Assembly: GCA_963725865.1 (NCBI GenBank)
Contig: CAVSAC010000009.1
Coordinates: forward strand, 40,835 to 104,834
Source: Candidatus Eiseniibacteriota bacterium
GTDB taxonomy: Bacteria > Eisenbacteria > RBG-16-71-46
Reading direction: 5' to 3'
DNA length: 64,000 nucleotides
A program made the translations under genes and the position numbers. Below, one piece after another: positions 37,510-47,639 of this stretch (position 1 is its first letter; the number at the start of each line of letters is the position of its first letter). The notes under the pieces were generated by a model. The model was not told where the DNA came from. It did no database searches and saw only the letters and a program-made list of their open reading frames with translations.

Positions 37510-39770
37510 GGCGTGACCTCGAGGCGGCGCGCCAGGTCGTCGAAGCGCGGGTCGGACCTCAGCGCGTCGAGGCGCGGGTGCACGCGCAGGAACATCATCA
37601 TCGGATCGCGCTCCTGGAACCCCCGCTCGAGCCACTCGAGCGCGCGGTCCACGTCGGGGATCGCGGCGTGGATGGTGGCGATGGTGTAGGGCGAGATGTA
37701 GCGCTCCCGGGCCGCGGCGAGCATGCGCTCGGCCACCGCCAGCGCGCGGTCACGCTCGCCGCGGCGCGCGTACAGGTGCCCGAGCGGTCCCGAGGCGAGC
37801 GGATCGGCGCCGGTCAGCGCGATCGCGGTGTGGAACGCCGCCTCGGCCTCGTCGAGACGGCCCAGCTCCTCGCAGACGCGCCCGAGGTCGAGGTGGGCGT
37901 TCGGGAACTCCGGGTGCAGCCCGACGATCTCGCGCAGCAGCTCGAGCGCCTCGTCGTAGCGCCGCGCGTAGTACTGCACGCTCGCCACCGTGCTCACCAC
38001 CGCGGCCGAGAGCGGGTCGAGGTCGCGCGCGATGCGCGCCTCGCGCAGCCCCTCGCCGAAGCGACCGCGCGCGGTGAGACCATCGGCGAACCAGTGGTGC
38101 GCCGCCGCGTAGCCCGGGTTGAGCGCGACCGCGCGGCGGTAGAGCCGCTCGGCGGTGGGCCAGTCCCAGTCGAAGTGCTGAGAGGCGAACGCCAGCGCGG
38201 TGTGCGCCTCGGCCAGGTCGGGGTCGAGCGCCAACGCGCGCGCCGCGGCGTCGCGCGCGTGCGGGAACGCCTGCGACGGATGGCGCAGCCGGAACACGCC
38301 GATCAGGTTCCACGCGTCGGCGATGCCGGTGTGCGCGGCGGCCATGTGCGGATCGGCAGCCACCGCGGCCCGGAACTCCTCGAGCGCGCGCTCCAGCGCC
38401 GGGCCGGTGCGGCGCTCGAGCAGGAAGCGGCCGCGCAGCTGGTGCTCGAGCGCGCGCGGGTCGATCGCGCGCGCGCGGTCGAGGCGCGCGTGGTCCTCGG
38501 GCGTGAGCCGCGCGCGCACCTCCTCGGCGATGGCGCGCGCCAGCTCGTTCTGCAGCGCCAGCACGTCGGCGACCTCGCGCTCATAGCTCTGCGCCCACAG
38601 CATGCAGTCGGAGGCCGCGTCGACCAGCTGCGCGGTGACGCGCACGCGTCCGCCCGAGCGCAGCACCGAGCCCTCGACGATGGCGCCCACGCGCAGCGCG
38701 CGCGCGATCTCGGGCAGCGGGCGCTGCGTGCCCTTGTACTGCATCGCCGAGGTGCGCGAGATCACGCGCAGCGAGCGGATCTGCGCCAGCCGCGCGATGA
38801 GCGTGTCGGTCATGCCGTCGGCGAAGTACTCCTCGGCCGGGTCGCCGGAGAGATTGGCGAGCGGCAGCACCGCCACCGCCTCGATGCGCTCGCCGCGGTT
38901 CGCCGCGCCCGCGAGCGCGGCGTCGCGCACCTCGCGCAGCTCGGTGGCGAGCTCGAGCGCCGAGGCCGGGCGCCGCGCCGGGTCCTTCTCGAGACAGCGC
39001 AGCACCAGCGCCTCGAAGCGCGGCGACAGCTCCGGCCGCAGCGTGCGCGGCGATGGCGGCGTGGCGTTGAGGACCGAGCCCGCGAGCGCGGCGGCGGGCT
39101 GGTCGTGGAACGGCAGCCGGCCGGTGGCCATGCGGAACAGCACCACGCCGAGCGCGTAGAGGTCGGCGCGCGCGTCCACCTCGGCCGCCAGCAGCTGCTC
39201 GGGCGCCATGTAGGACAGCGTGCCCACGATCAGCGAGCCGCGGCTGATGTCGGCGGCGGGGGCGTCCGCGCCGGCCTCGTCGAGCAGCTTGGCGAGGCCG
39301 AAGTCGAGCACCTTCACCTCGCCGCGCGGCGTCAGCATGATGTTCGCGGGCTTGAGGTCGCGGTGCACCACCTGGCGGGCGTGCGCGGCCTCGAGCGCGC
39401 CGGCGATGAGCACGCCCAGCGAGGCCGCCTCGCCCTCGGCGAGCGGCTCGCGCGCCAGCCGCGCCTCGAGCGTCTCGCCCTCGACGTGCTCGAGCACCAG
39501 CACGTCCAGGTCTCCGACGTGCTCGAACGCGTACACCGCGGCGATCGAGGGATGGCTGAGCCGCGCCAGCGCCAGCGCCTCGCGCTCGAAGCGCGCGCGC
39601 AGGTCGGGATCGGCGAGCGCCTTCTCGGGCAGCACCTTGATCGCCACCTGGCGCTGCAGGCGCTCGTCGCGCGCGCGGTAGACGCGGCCCATGCCGCCGC
39701 CGCCGATGGCCTCGAGCAGCGCGTAGTGGGCGAGCGAGTGGCCGACCAGCGGATCCGCGCTCAGATCCAC
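37506..39770 (-). CDS. Ser/Thr protein kinase with TolB-N-like and TPR domains
   Basis: [58 protein letters not shown], TPRs; GGAGG upstream of GTG. Confidence 0.9.
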   Translation of the reverse strand: MDLSADPLVGHSLAHYALLEAIGGGGMGRVYRARDERLQRQVAIKVLPEKALADPDLRARFEREALALARLSHPSIAAVYAFEHVGDLDVLVLEHVEGETLEARLAREPLAEGEAASLGVLIAGALEAAHARQVVHRDLKPANIMLTPRGEVKVLDFGLAKLLDEAGADAPAADISRGSLIVGTLSYMAPEQLLAAEVDARADLYALGVVLFRMATGRLPFHDQPAAALAGSVLNATPPSPRTLRPELSPRFEALVLRCLEKDPARRPASALELATELREVRDAALAGAANRGERIEAVAVLPLANLSGDPAEEYFADGMTDTLIARLAQIRSLRVISRTSAMQYKGTQRPLPEIARALRVGAIVEGSVLRSGGRVRVTAQLVDAASDCMLWAQSYEREVADVLALQNELARAIAEEVRARLTPEDHARLDRARAIDPRALEHQLRGRFLLERRTGPALERALEEFRAAVAADPHMAAAHTGIADAWNLIGVFRLRHPSQAFPHARDAAARALALDPDLAEAHTALAFASQHFDWDWPTAERLYRRAVALNPGYAAAHHWFADGLTARGRFGEGLREARIARDLDPLSAAVVSTVASVQYYARRYDEALELLREIVGLHPEFPNAHLDLGRVCEELGRLDEAEAAFHTAIALTGADPLASGPLGHLYARRGERDRALAVAERMLAAARERYISPYTIATIHAAIPDVDRALEWLERGFQERDPMMMFLRVHPRLDALRSDPRFDDLARRLEVTP

Positions 39771-41232
39771 GCGCCCTCCACGTCGGGCCGCGCCGCTCGG
39801 CCGCCGACGTTGGGCGGAGGCGCCGCGTGCGCCTCGCCGCAGCCGGCGCCGCCGGGCAGCACCTTGCACGGGTTCATGCGCCCGGCGGGATCGAACGCCG
39901 CGCGCACGCGCGCCATCAGCGCCAGGTCCGCGGCGGCGAACAGCTCGAACATCAGCGGCTTCTTCTCGATCCCGATCCCGTGCTCGCCCGAGATGGTGCC
40001 GCCCATGCGGATGCACATGCGCAGGATCTCGTACGAGCCCTCGAGCGCGAGCTGCTGCTGGCGCGGGTCGTCGGAGTCGAACAGCAGGTGCGGGTGCAGG
40101 TTCCCGTCGCCGGCATGGAACACGTTGCCGGCCTCGAGCCCGCGCTCGGCCGCGATGCGGTAGACCCCGGCGAGCGCCTCGGCGAGCCGGGTGCGCGGCA
40201 CCACGCCGTCCATGATGTAGAACCCGCTGCGCAGCCGGCCGTACGCGCCGAACGACGACTTGCGCCCGCGCCAGATCGCGGCGCGCTCGGCCTCGTCCCG
40301 GGCGACCCGCGTGGTGCGCGCGTGGTGCGCGCGCGCGATCGCGTCGATGCGCTCGACCTGGTCCGGCAGGCAGATCGCCGGGCCGTCGACCTCGATCAGC
40401 AGCACCGCGCCGGCGTCGAGCGGCAGCCCGAGGTGGAGCCACGCCTCGACCACGCCGATGGTGTGGCGGTCCATGATCTCCATCGCCGCGGGCACGATGC
40501 CGGCCGCGATCACCGCCGAGACCGCGCGGCACGCGTCGCCGACCTCGATGAAGTCGAACAGCATGGTGCGCGCCGCCTCGGGCCGCGGCATCAGCCGCAC
40601 GCACATCTCGGTGACGACGCCGAGCGTGCCCTCGCTGCCGGTCACCAGCGCCGCCAGGTCGAAGTCGGGCGCGTCGCAGGCCTCGCCGCCGAGCGCCACC
40701 ACCGTGCCGTCGTGCAGCACGACGCGTCAGGCCGAGCACGCTGTTGAGCGTGACGCCGTACTTGAGGCAGTGCGGCCCGCCCGAGTTGGCGGCGACGTTG
40801 CCGCCGATGGTGCTGACCTGCTGCGACGCCGGGTCGGGCGCGTAGTAGAGCCCGTGCGGCGCCACCTGCTGCGAGAGCTGCAGGTTCACCAGCCCGGGCT
40901 GCACCCACGCGAACATGCGCTCGTCGTCCACGCGCAGCAGGCGGTCCATGCGGTTGACCGAGAGCGACCAGGCCGCCGCGCTGCGCGGTCGCAGCCGCCC
41001 GCGAGGCCGGTGCCCGCGCCGCGCGGCGTGACCGGCACCTCGTGCGTCGTGCGCCCAGCGCACCACCGCGCGCGACCTCGTCGGTCGAGCGCGGCAGCAC
41101 GACGACGTCGGGGCGCGAGCGCTCGAGCGCGAGCGCGTCGGCCTCGTAGGTGAACAGCGCCGCGTCGCTGGTGAGCACGCCCCCGGGCCCGAGGAGGCTC
41201 ACCAGCTCGTCGAGATGCTCGTACCAGGACAT
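39761..41232 (-). CDS. glcD: Glycolate oxidase FAD-linked subunit (frameshifted)
   Basis: [57 protein letters not shown]. Confidence 0.9.
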
Positions 41233-41404
41233 GCGCGGCACGGTAGCACGCCGGCCGAGACGCGCCCGAACGCGGCGCGGACGGCTGCGGACGGCGGTGC
41301 GGGGCCGCAGGGGTTGACGTCCCGCGCGCGCGGCGCGACATTGCCGAGGTGCTCCGCGCCGCCACGACGGCGGCCCCACGCGGACCCATCGAGGAGGGAG
41401 CCTC

Positions 41405-43408
41405 ATGCGCATCACGACCACGGCCCTCGCCGCGGGCGTCCTGATCCTGCTCGCCGCGCCCGCGCCGGCCGGCGCAGCGACCCGCTCGGTCACCGGCTGG
41501 ACCGGCGGCGGCGTGCCGGTGTGCACCGCGCCCGGCGACCAGCCCGAGACCTGGGCCGCCACCGACGGCGCCGCCGGCCTGTTCGTCGCCTGGAACGACG
41601 CGCGCCCCACCGCACCGGGCATCTACCTGCAGCGCCTCGACGCCGCGGGCGACGTGGCGGCCGGCTGGCCGCTCGACGGCCTGCGGGTGTGCGGGGTCAC
41701 GCCCGCACCCACCCTCACCAGCCTGATCGCCGATGACGCCGGGGGCGTGTACCTGGCGTGGGACGACGTCCGCAACGGTCCCGCCAGCGACGTCTATGCC
41801 CAGCACATCGACGCCGCGGGCCAGCGCGTCCTCGGCTGGCCGGCGGACGGCCTGGCGGTGTGCGACACCACCGATGACCAGTCGGGGGCGGGGATCGTGT
41901 CCGACGGCGCGGGCGGAGCGATCCTCGTGTGGCGCGACGCGCGCGACCGCGCCACCTCGGCGCACGACCTGTACGCGCTGCGCCTCGCCGGCGACGGCGC
42001 CCGGGTCGCGGGCTGGCCGCACCAGGGCGTCCCGGTCTCACGCGCCGCGAGCGACCAGAGCGGCATCGACGCCGTCACCGACGGGCAGGGTGGCGTCTAC
42101 GTGCTGTGGAGCGACGATGCTGCCGGCCCCGCGCTGTGGGCGCAGCACCTGGACTCCGCCGGCGCTCCCGGCTCGGCCTGGCCCGCGGATGGCCTCGCGC
42201 TGGTGACGCTCGATCCCGGGGTCACCCTCCAGGACGCGGCGATGCTGGCCGACAGCGGCACGGCGAACGTGGTGTGGCGGGACGACCGCGCCAGCGGCGC
42301 GGGCCCGGGCTTCTACGCGCTCGGCGTCGACACCGACGGCGCGGTCGCACCCGCCGGCGGCCAGCTCGTGCTCGCCACGGGCCCGTCGACCAACGCCATG
42401 ATCGCGGTGTCCGACAGCGCCGGCGGCACGGTGATGGTGTGGCTCGACTTCACCCTGCCCGCGACGCTGTCGATGAAGGCGCTGCGCCTGCGGCACGACG
42501 GCGTGCCGCTGGCCGGCTGGCCGGCCTCGGGCGTCGAGATCGCGCAGGCCACGGTGCTCCCGCTCTACTTCAGCGTGGTGGCCGACGGCGGCGGCGGCGC
42601 GTTCGTGACCTGGGCCGACGATCGCGACGCGAGCGGGCCCGGCGACTACGACGTCTTCGCCCAGCACGTGCTCGGCAGCGGCGCGCTCGCCACCGGCTGG
42701 ACGCTCGCCGGTGCCGCGGTCGCCACCGGGCCGCTCGCCCAGCTCGGCATGGACATCACCGGCGACGGCGGCGGCGGCGCGCTGGTGGCGTGGGCTCAGG
42801 GTCCGGCCGGCGGCGAGCACGACCTGTACGCCGCGCACCTCGCGGCCGACGGCACGGTGCCGGTGCTGGCGAGCGTGGTGAGCGCCGAGGTGGTGCTCGG
42901 CCATCCCCGCATCGTGTGGCAGCTGGGTGCCGCGAGCGCGTCGGTCGGCGTCGAGCGTCGCGCCCCCGGCGACGCGTGGGTGGCGCTCGGCGCGGTGACG
43001 CCCGACGGCGAGCGCCGCGTGCGCTGGGAGGACGCCGATGCGGCGCCCGGCGCCACCTACGACTACCGCCTCGCGCTGCGCGACGCCTCCGGCGCGCCCG
43101 CGAGCGCGGGCGAGGTGCGGGTCGCGGTGCCGATCGTGGCGAGCCGGCTCGCGCTGTCGCGCATCGCGCCCAACCCGGCGCGCGACGCGGTGACCGTGAC
43201 GCTCGCCGCGCGGAGCGACGTGCCGTGCACGGTCGAGCTGCTCGACCTCTCCGGCCGCCGCCTGCGCTCGGTCGCGCTCGCCGCGGCGCGCGGGCCCGCG
43301 CGCGAGGCGCGCTTCGAGCGGCTCGAGGCGCTGCCGGCGGGGCTCTACTTCGTGAGGGTGACGCAGGCCGGCGAGGTGCGCCTCGGCCGCGTGGCGCTGG
43401 TGCGGTAG
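41405..43408 (+). CDS. Secreted repeat protein (DG.GG repeats) with C-terminal FlgD/T9SS-A-like domain
   Basis: Signal peptide; repeats DGAGG..V.W.D.R....D.YAQH.....G....GWP..G; PNPAR...DLSGRR...AGLYFVR. Confidence 0.8.
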   Translation: MRITTTALAAGVLILLAAPAPAGAATRSVTGWTGGGVPVCTAPGDQPETWAATDGAAGLFVAWNDARPTAPGIYLQRLDAAGDVAAGWPLDGLRVCGVTPAPTLTSLIADDAGGVYLAWDDVRNGPASDVYAQHIDAAGQRVLGWPADGLAVCDTTDDQSGAGIVSDGAGGAILVWRDARDRATSAHDLYALRLAGDGARVAGWPHQGVPVSRAASDQSGIDAVTDGQGGVYVLWSDDAAGPALWAQHLDSAGAPGSAWPADGLALVTLDPGVTLQDAAMLADSGTANVVWRDDRASGAGPGFYALGVDTDGAVAPAGGQLVLATGPSTNAMIAVSDSAGGTVMVWLDFTLPATLSMKALRLRHDGVPLAGWPASGVEIAQATVLPLYFSVVADGGGGAFVTWADDRDASGPGDYDVFAQHVLGSGALATGWTLAGAAVATGPLAQLGMDITGDGGGGALVAWAQGPAGGEHDLYAAHLAADGTVPVLASVVSAEVVLGHPRIVWQLGAASASVGVERRAPGDAWVALGAVTPDGERRVRWEDADAAPGATYDYRLALRDASGAPASAGEVRVAVPIVASRLALSRIAPNPARDAVTVTLAARSDVPCTVELLDLSGRRLRSVALAAARGPAREARFERLEALPAGLYFVRVTQAGEVRLGRVALVR

Positions 43409-43423
43409 CGCTCGAGGGAGTGA

Positions 43424-43459
43424 CCCGGGGGCCGGGCGCGTGCGCGTCCGGCCCCCGGG
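43424..43459. terminator. Hairpin between convergent genes
   Basis: cccgggggccgg...ccggcccccggg. Confidence 0.55.
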
Positions 43460-43462
43460 ATC

Positions 43463-44705
43463 TCAGGCGCCGGCGACCACCTGCTGCTCGCGCGCCAGCA
43501 GCTCGACCACGTCGGCGACCTGGCGGTAGCCGGTCTCGAGCAGGAACGAGTCGTAGCGGGCGTACGACTTGGCGCCGAGGATGAAGAAGTCGGGCTCGGG
43601 ATTGCGCAGCACCTCGGCGCCGAACGCCGGCACCGTGGTGCAGTCGGCGCCGCCGCCCATCGCGCCCAGCAGCGCGGCCGAGAGCTTCATCGGGCCGCGC
43701 GAGGCGTAGCACTCGTGCACCTGCAGCTCGCGGTAGAGCGAGTCGTCGGGGCCGAAGCCGGTGTTCACGATCACCTGGTCGACCTCCTCGAGCCGCGTCT
43801 GATCGCCGCTCACCAGCTGCACGCGGTAGCGGTGGGTCGCCGAGTTGAATTCGAGGCCCTCGACCTCGACCCCGCCGATGTGGCTGACCGCGGGGTGCGC
43901 CCCGCGCACCAGCTCGCGCGCCCGCGCGTGCAGCGCCGCCCGGGCCGGCAGCGTGTCGCCGGCGATGCCGGCGTAGAGCGCGTCGGCCGCGGCGCGCGTC
44001 GCCCACGCGCAGGTGGTGCCCGGCGCCGCGTCGGCGAGCGTGGCCAGGTCGGCGACCACCGTCGCGGCGCTGGCCCCGCCGCCGATCACCAGCGTGCGCT
44101 TGCCGGCGTAGCGCGCGCGGCGCAGGCCCAGCACGTCGTCGAGGTGGTAGGAGATCTGCGGCGCCAGGTAGAGCTCGCCGCGCGCCGGGATGCCGCCGGT
44201 GCCGGCCCAGTTGCGGGCTGCCGTAGGTGCCAGAGGCGTCGATGACCGAGAACGCGTGGAGGAAGTTCTCGCGCCCGCCGGCGTCGCGCACCAGCAGGCG
44301 GAACGGCCGCTCGCGCCGCGCCTGATCGCCGAGCAGCTCGGCCTTGAGCGCGCCGCGGCGGCTCATGTGCACCACCTGCGCGTGCGTGTGCACGCGGTTC
44401 TCGAGCTCGGCGAGCGCCGCGAGCGGCTGCAGGTAGCGCTCCGCCAGCTCGATCCCGGTCGGGCACTCGTCCGCCGCCGGCGCGCTCCAGCCGGCACGCT
44501 CGAGGTGCGCGCGCGAGGCCGCGCCCAGGTTCATGCGCCACGGCGTGAACATGCGCACGTGGCCCCACGCGATCGGATGCGCGCCGGGCTCGCCGCGCTC
44601 GAAGACGTGCACGTCGAAGCCGCGGTCGAGAGCGGCGAGAGCGGCTTCGAGCCCGATGGGGCCGGCACCGACGATGGCGAGCGAGTTGCGGGACGGCAGG
44701 GGCAT
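43463..44705 (-). CDS. FAD/NAD(P)-dependent oxidoreductase, flavoprotein (frameshift near 44215)
   Basis: IVGAGPIGL, WGHVRMFTPW, IDASG, IGGGASA, NTGF, ILGAKSY. Confidence 0.8.
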
Positions 44706-44836
44706 GGCGATCGGGATCCGAGCGGCGGGGTGAGCGTGCGAGCGACCGGGGACGCAATGTAGGGGTGGGATGGGCCGATGGGCAAGCCGGACGCGGTCCG
44801 GGCGCCCCGGAGCGTCGCAGCCCGGCCCCGGGGCTG

Positions 44837-44974
44837 GCTTGACGCCGCGGCGCCCCGCGACGTTCACTGCTGGCGCGTGCGGCCACTGCCCGGCTCCCCT
44901 CGGCGAGATCGTGCCCCACGCCACGGAGTCCCCCGACCCGGTCTCGAGCGCCGTCTCGAACGGAGGCCACCCCC
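44837..44974 (+). promoter_or_regulatory. Conserved 5' leader, copy 1
   Basis: Aligns with 47501-47639 (GCTTGACGCC, CGAGAYCGTGCCCCAC, GGTCTCGARCGCCGTCTCGAAYGGAGGCCAC). Confidence 0.65.
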
Positions 44975-47086
44975 ATCCGTCGCACCCCGTCGTCCTGGTC
45001 CTGTCTCCTCCTGTTGTCGCTCGTTCCCGGCCCGGCGTCGGCGCTCCAGCTCCAGTGGAGCTCGGGAGCCACGTCGCTGGACTTCACCGCTGCCACGCGA
45101 TGCACGCTGGTGGTCCGGGCGGGGTCCACCGAAGCCCGGCTGCCGTCGCAATGGCGTCTGCTGTGGGTCAGCGACGACTGCGACCTCGCACCGCTCGCGC
45201 TGCCAGCGCGGACCGCGTGCCGGCAGGACGCCGCCGCGGCGCCCTCGGCCGGCACTCCCGGGGCCGGCAACGCCACGTCGGTCCGCATGCCGACCGCCGA
45301 GTCCCGCGGCACGGGTGACGCCGTCTCGAGCGCGCCGAGCTGCGTCTTCGACCTGCCGGCCGGCGCGCGCGGGCGGATCAAGGTCGTGGCGCTCGATCCG
45401 GCGGACCCGGGCCGGCGCCGGGTGCTCGAGTCGAACGAGGTGGTCTTCAACGGCGGCGTGAGCGGCCCCTACCCGCCGGCGATCCTGCGCACGACCACCG
45501 TGCACCGGTCCACCGAGTTCCGCCTCGACCTCACCGGCGTGGGCCTCGGTGGTGTGGACGCGCTCTCGCTCGCGCTCGCGGCCGCGGATGGATCGTGGCG
45601 ACAGCCGCTCGACATCGCGAGCCGCAGCGACACCGCCATCGTCGCGTACGCCGCCCTCGCCGCGAGCGTGCCGGACTGCGTCGTCCGGTTGGAGTCGGCC
45701 GCGAGCGGCGTCACCGTGGCCACGGTCGAGGCCGACCCGCCGCCTCCGGCGATCGAGTCACCCGAGGCCTCGACCTGCCTGACCGGCAGGTTCGAGGAGT
45801 CCTATCCGGGGCACGCCCCCGATCTGATCCAGCCACGGGACTTCGCGTTCGTCCTCGGCGGATGGTCGCCCGATGGCGCCTGGAGCTTCCATCTCTTCTA
45901 CGGCCGCCTGAACCAGTACTCGAACGACACCGAGACGAACATCGGGCATGCCGTCTCCAACAACCTGGCCAACTCGAGCTGGGTCGTGCTCGACACGGCG
46001 GTGGTCAGGACCCGGGGGGCGAGCTTCGACAGCCTGCGGGTATGGGCGCCCTCCGTCGTCCAGAAGGGCCTGACCTACTACATGTTCTACGCGGCCAAGG
46101 ACGCGGAACACCACCAGCGCATCGGGCTCGCGACCTCGACCGATCTGATCCGGTGGACGCAGCGTGACAGCAGCGTCCTCGATGCCGTCACGCTCGCTCA
46201 GCGCGATGGCTGGGTGGATCCCGCGCCCGAGGGCTACCGTCATCAGGCGCAGCTGCGGGATCCGTTCGTGATGCCGGATCCCGCCGTGCCCGGCGACTGG
46301 CTGATGTACTTCGTCACCGTGCCGACCCGCTACGCACCGGACATGGTGGTGGGCGTGGCCCGCTCCCACGGGGACCTGACGAGATGGGAGGACTCCTTCG
46401 CGCTCTGGAGTACCCACCACCACTGGGGCGGAGGCGCGACCTACTACGTGGAGTCGGTGCACGCCTTCGAGCGCGGCGGGAAGTGGTGGCTGTTCTACAC
46501 CGTCGATCACGATTCGGTGTGGGCGCAGTCGCACCCGACCGACCCGAGCGATCCCGACAGCACCCACTGGAGTCAGGCGCAGAAGCTGACGACCCTGGTC
46601 CCGCCCGCCCAGGCGGACTCCTTCCTCTACTGGCACGCGACCGAGTACCTGCAGGTCAGTGCGTCGCGGAACATCGCCTACCTCGCGGCCTGGAACGACC
46701 TGCGGGTCGAGATCAGCTACACCCAGATGCGGACGTCGAGTCCGGCGTACCTGTTCAGCATGGATTGCCTGAGCGTCGCCGACGTGGGCGATGCCGCCCC
46801 TGGCGTGTCGGCCCCGCGTCTGATGCTGGCCGGCGTGAGTCCGGCACGGTCCCGCGTCGACCTGCGGATCGCGCTACCGGAACGGATGCGGGTCCACCTC
46901 GCGATCTACGACCTGATGGGACGCCGCCTCGCCACGCTGGCAGACGGGAGCCTGCCCGCGGGGGTGAGCGATCTGCGATGGGATGGACGGGATCGCGCCG
47001 GTGCCGAGGTGAGGAGCGGCGTGTACTTCGCGCGCCTGACCACCACTTCGTCGCAACAGTCGGTGCGCGTGGCGCTGATCCGCTGA
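44975..47086 (+). CDS. Secreted GH32/GH43-like five-bladed propeller protein with unknown N-domain and FlgD-like C-domain (copy 1; ATC at the aligned start position)
   Basis: QPRDF, VWAPSV, RIGLATSTDL, LRDPFV, VESVH; WDGRD..G..SGVYFARL; next in-frame standard start is TTG at 45014. Confidence 0.75.
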   Translation: MRRTPSSWSCLLLLSLVPGPASALQLQWSSGATSLDFTAATRCTLVVRAGSTEARLPSQWRLLWVSDDCDLAPLALPARTACRQDAAAAPSAGTPGAGNATSVRMPTAESRGTGDAVSSAPSCVFDLPAGARGRIKVVALDPADPGRRRVLESNEVVFNGGVSGPYPPAILRTTTVHRSTEFRLDLTGVGLGGVDALSLALAAADGSWRQPLDIASRSDTAIVAYAALAASVPDCVVRLESAASGVTVATVEADPPPPAIESPEASTCLTGRFEESYPGHAPDLIQPRDFAFVLGGWSPDGAWSFHLFYGRLNQYSNDTETNIGHAVSNNLANSSWVVLDTAVVRTRGASFDSLRVWAPSVVQKGLTYYMFYAAKDAEHHQRIGLATSTDLIRWTQRDSSVLDAVTLAQRDGWVDPAPEGYRHQAQLRDPFVMPDPAVPGDWLMYFVTVPTRYAPDMVVGVARSHGDLTRWEDSFALWSTHHHWGGGATYYVESVHAFERGGKWWLFYTVDHDSVWAQSHPTDPSDPDSTHWSQAQKLTTLVPPAQADSFLYWHATEYLQVSASRNIAYLAAWNDLRVEISYTQMRTSSPAYLFSMDCLSVADVGDAAPGVSAPRLMLAGVSPARSRVDLRIALPERMRVHLAIYDLMGRRLATLADGSLPAGVSDLRWDGRDRAGAEVRSGVYFARLTTTSSQQSVRVALIR

Positions 47087-47125
47087 TACGGAGCGACCCC
47101 AGTCAACGCAAGAGTTCGTCTCTTG

Positions 47126-47149
47126 GCGGCCACCCCTCGGGGTGGCCGC
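47126..47149 (+). terminator. Intrinsic terminator-like hairpin
   Basis: gcggccaccc-ctcg-gggtggccgc followed by gggtgttt. Confidence 0.5.
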
Positions 47150-47500
47150 GGGTGTTTGCGGCATCTGTTGCTCAAGGACGACGAACTCGTGGGTGCGCGA
47201 TACCACTCGGTGCCTCGCTCGAGGGGACCTGAGTCGACCTTAGGTCGCGAGGTCCATGGAGCCCGCGGTGAGGCGGCCGCATCGCCGCTCGGGCACCGCG
47301 CTCGATCTGGAGTGACACGTCGCAGTGCTGCTGGACTGCGCGCCTAGGCCGGTGGGTGCAGAGCAGGTGTCACTCGATGCCACGGTTTGCTGGCGGGGTT
47401 CCACTTCGGCCGACTCGAAGCCGCCGCGAGACTTCGTGGTGCCGTAGCAAGTGGGCGAGCAGGTGGGCATTGCAAGATGTCTGAATATCGCCCAGATACC

Positions 47501-47639
47501 GCTTGACGCCCCCCCGCCCGGAAGGTGTTGACTCCGGATGTGCGAGGCCTCCGCCCGCGTCCCCACCACGAGACCGTGCCCCACACCACTGGGTTCCCCA
47601 AGTCGGTCTCGAACGCCGTCTCGAATGGAGGCCACGACC
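47501..47639 (+). promoter_or_regulatory. Conserved 5' leader, copy 2
   Basis: Aligns with 44837-44974. Confidence 0.65.

Noticed and set aside
37506..41066. 1186-aa ORF suggesting a GlcD-kinase fusion
   Set aside because: A frameshift near 40730 diverts the frame; glcD has its own stop at 39761 and the kinase its own RBS
47087..47500. Short ORFs or an IS remnant in the long intergenic gap
   Set aside because: No transposase motifs, terminal inverted repeats or convincing RBS
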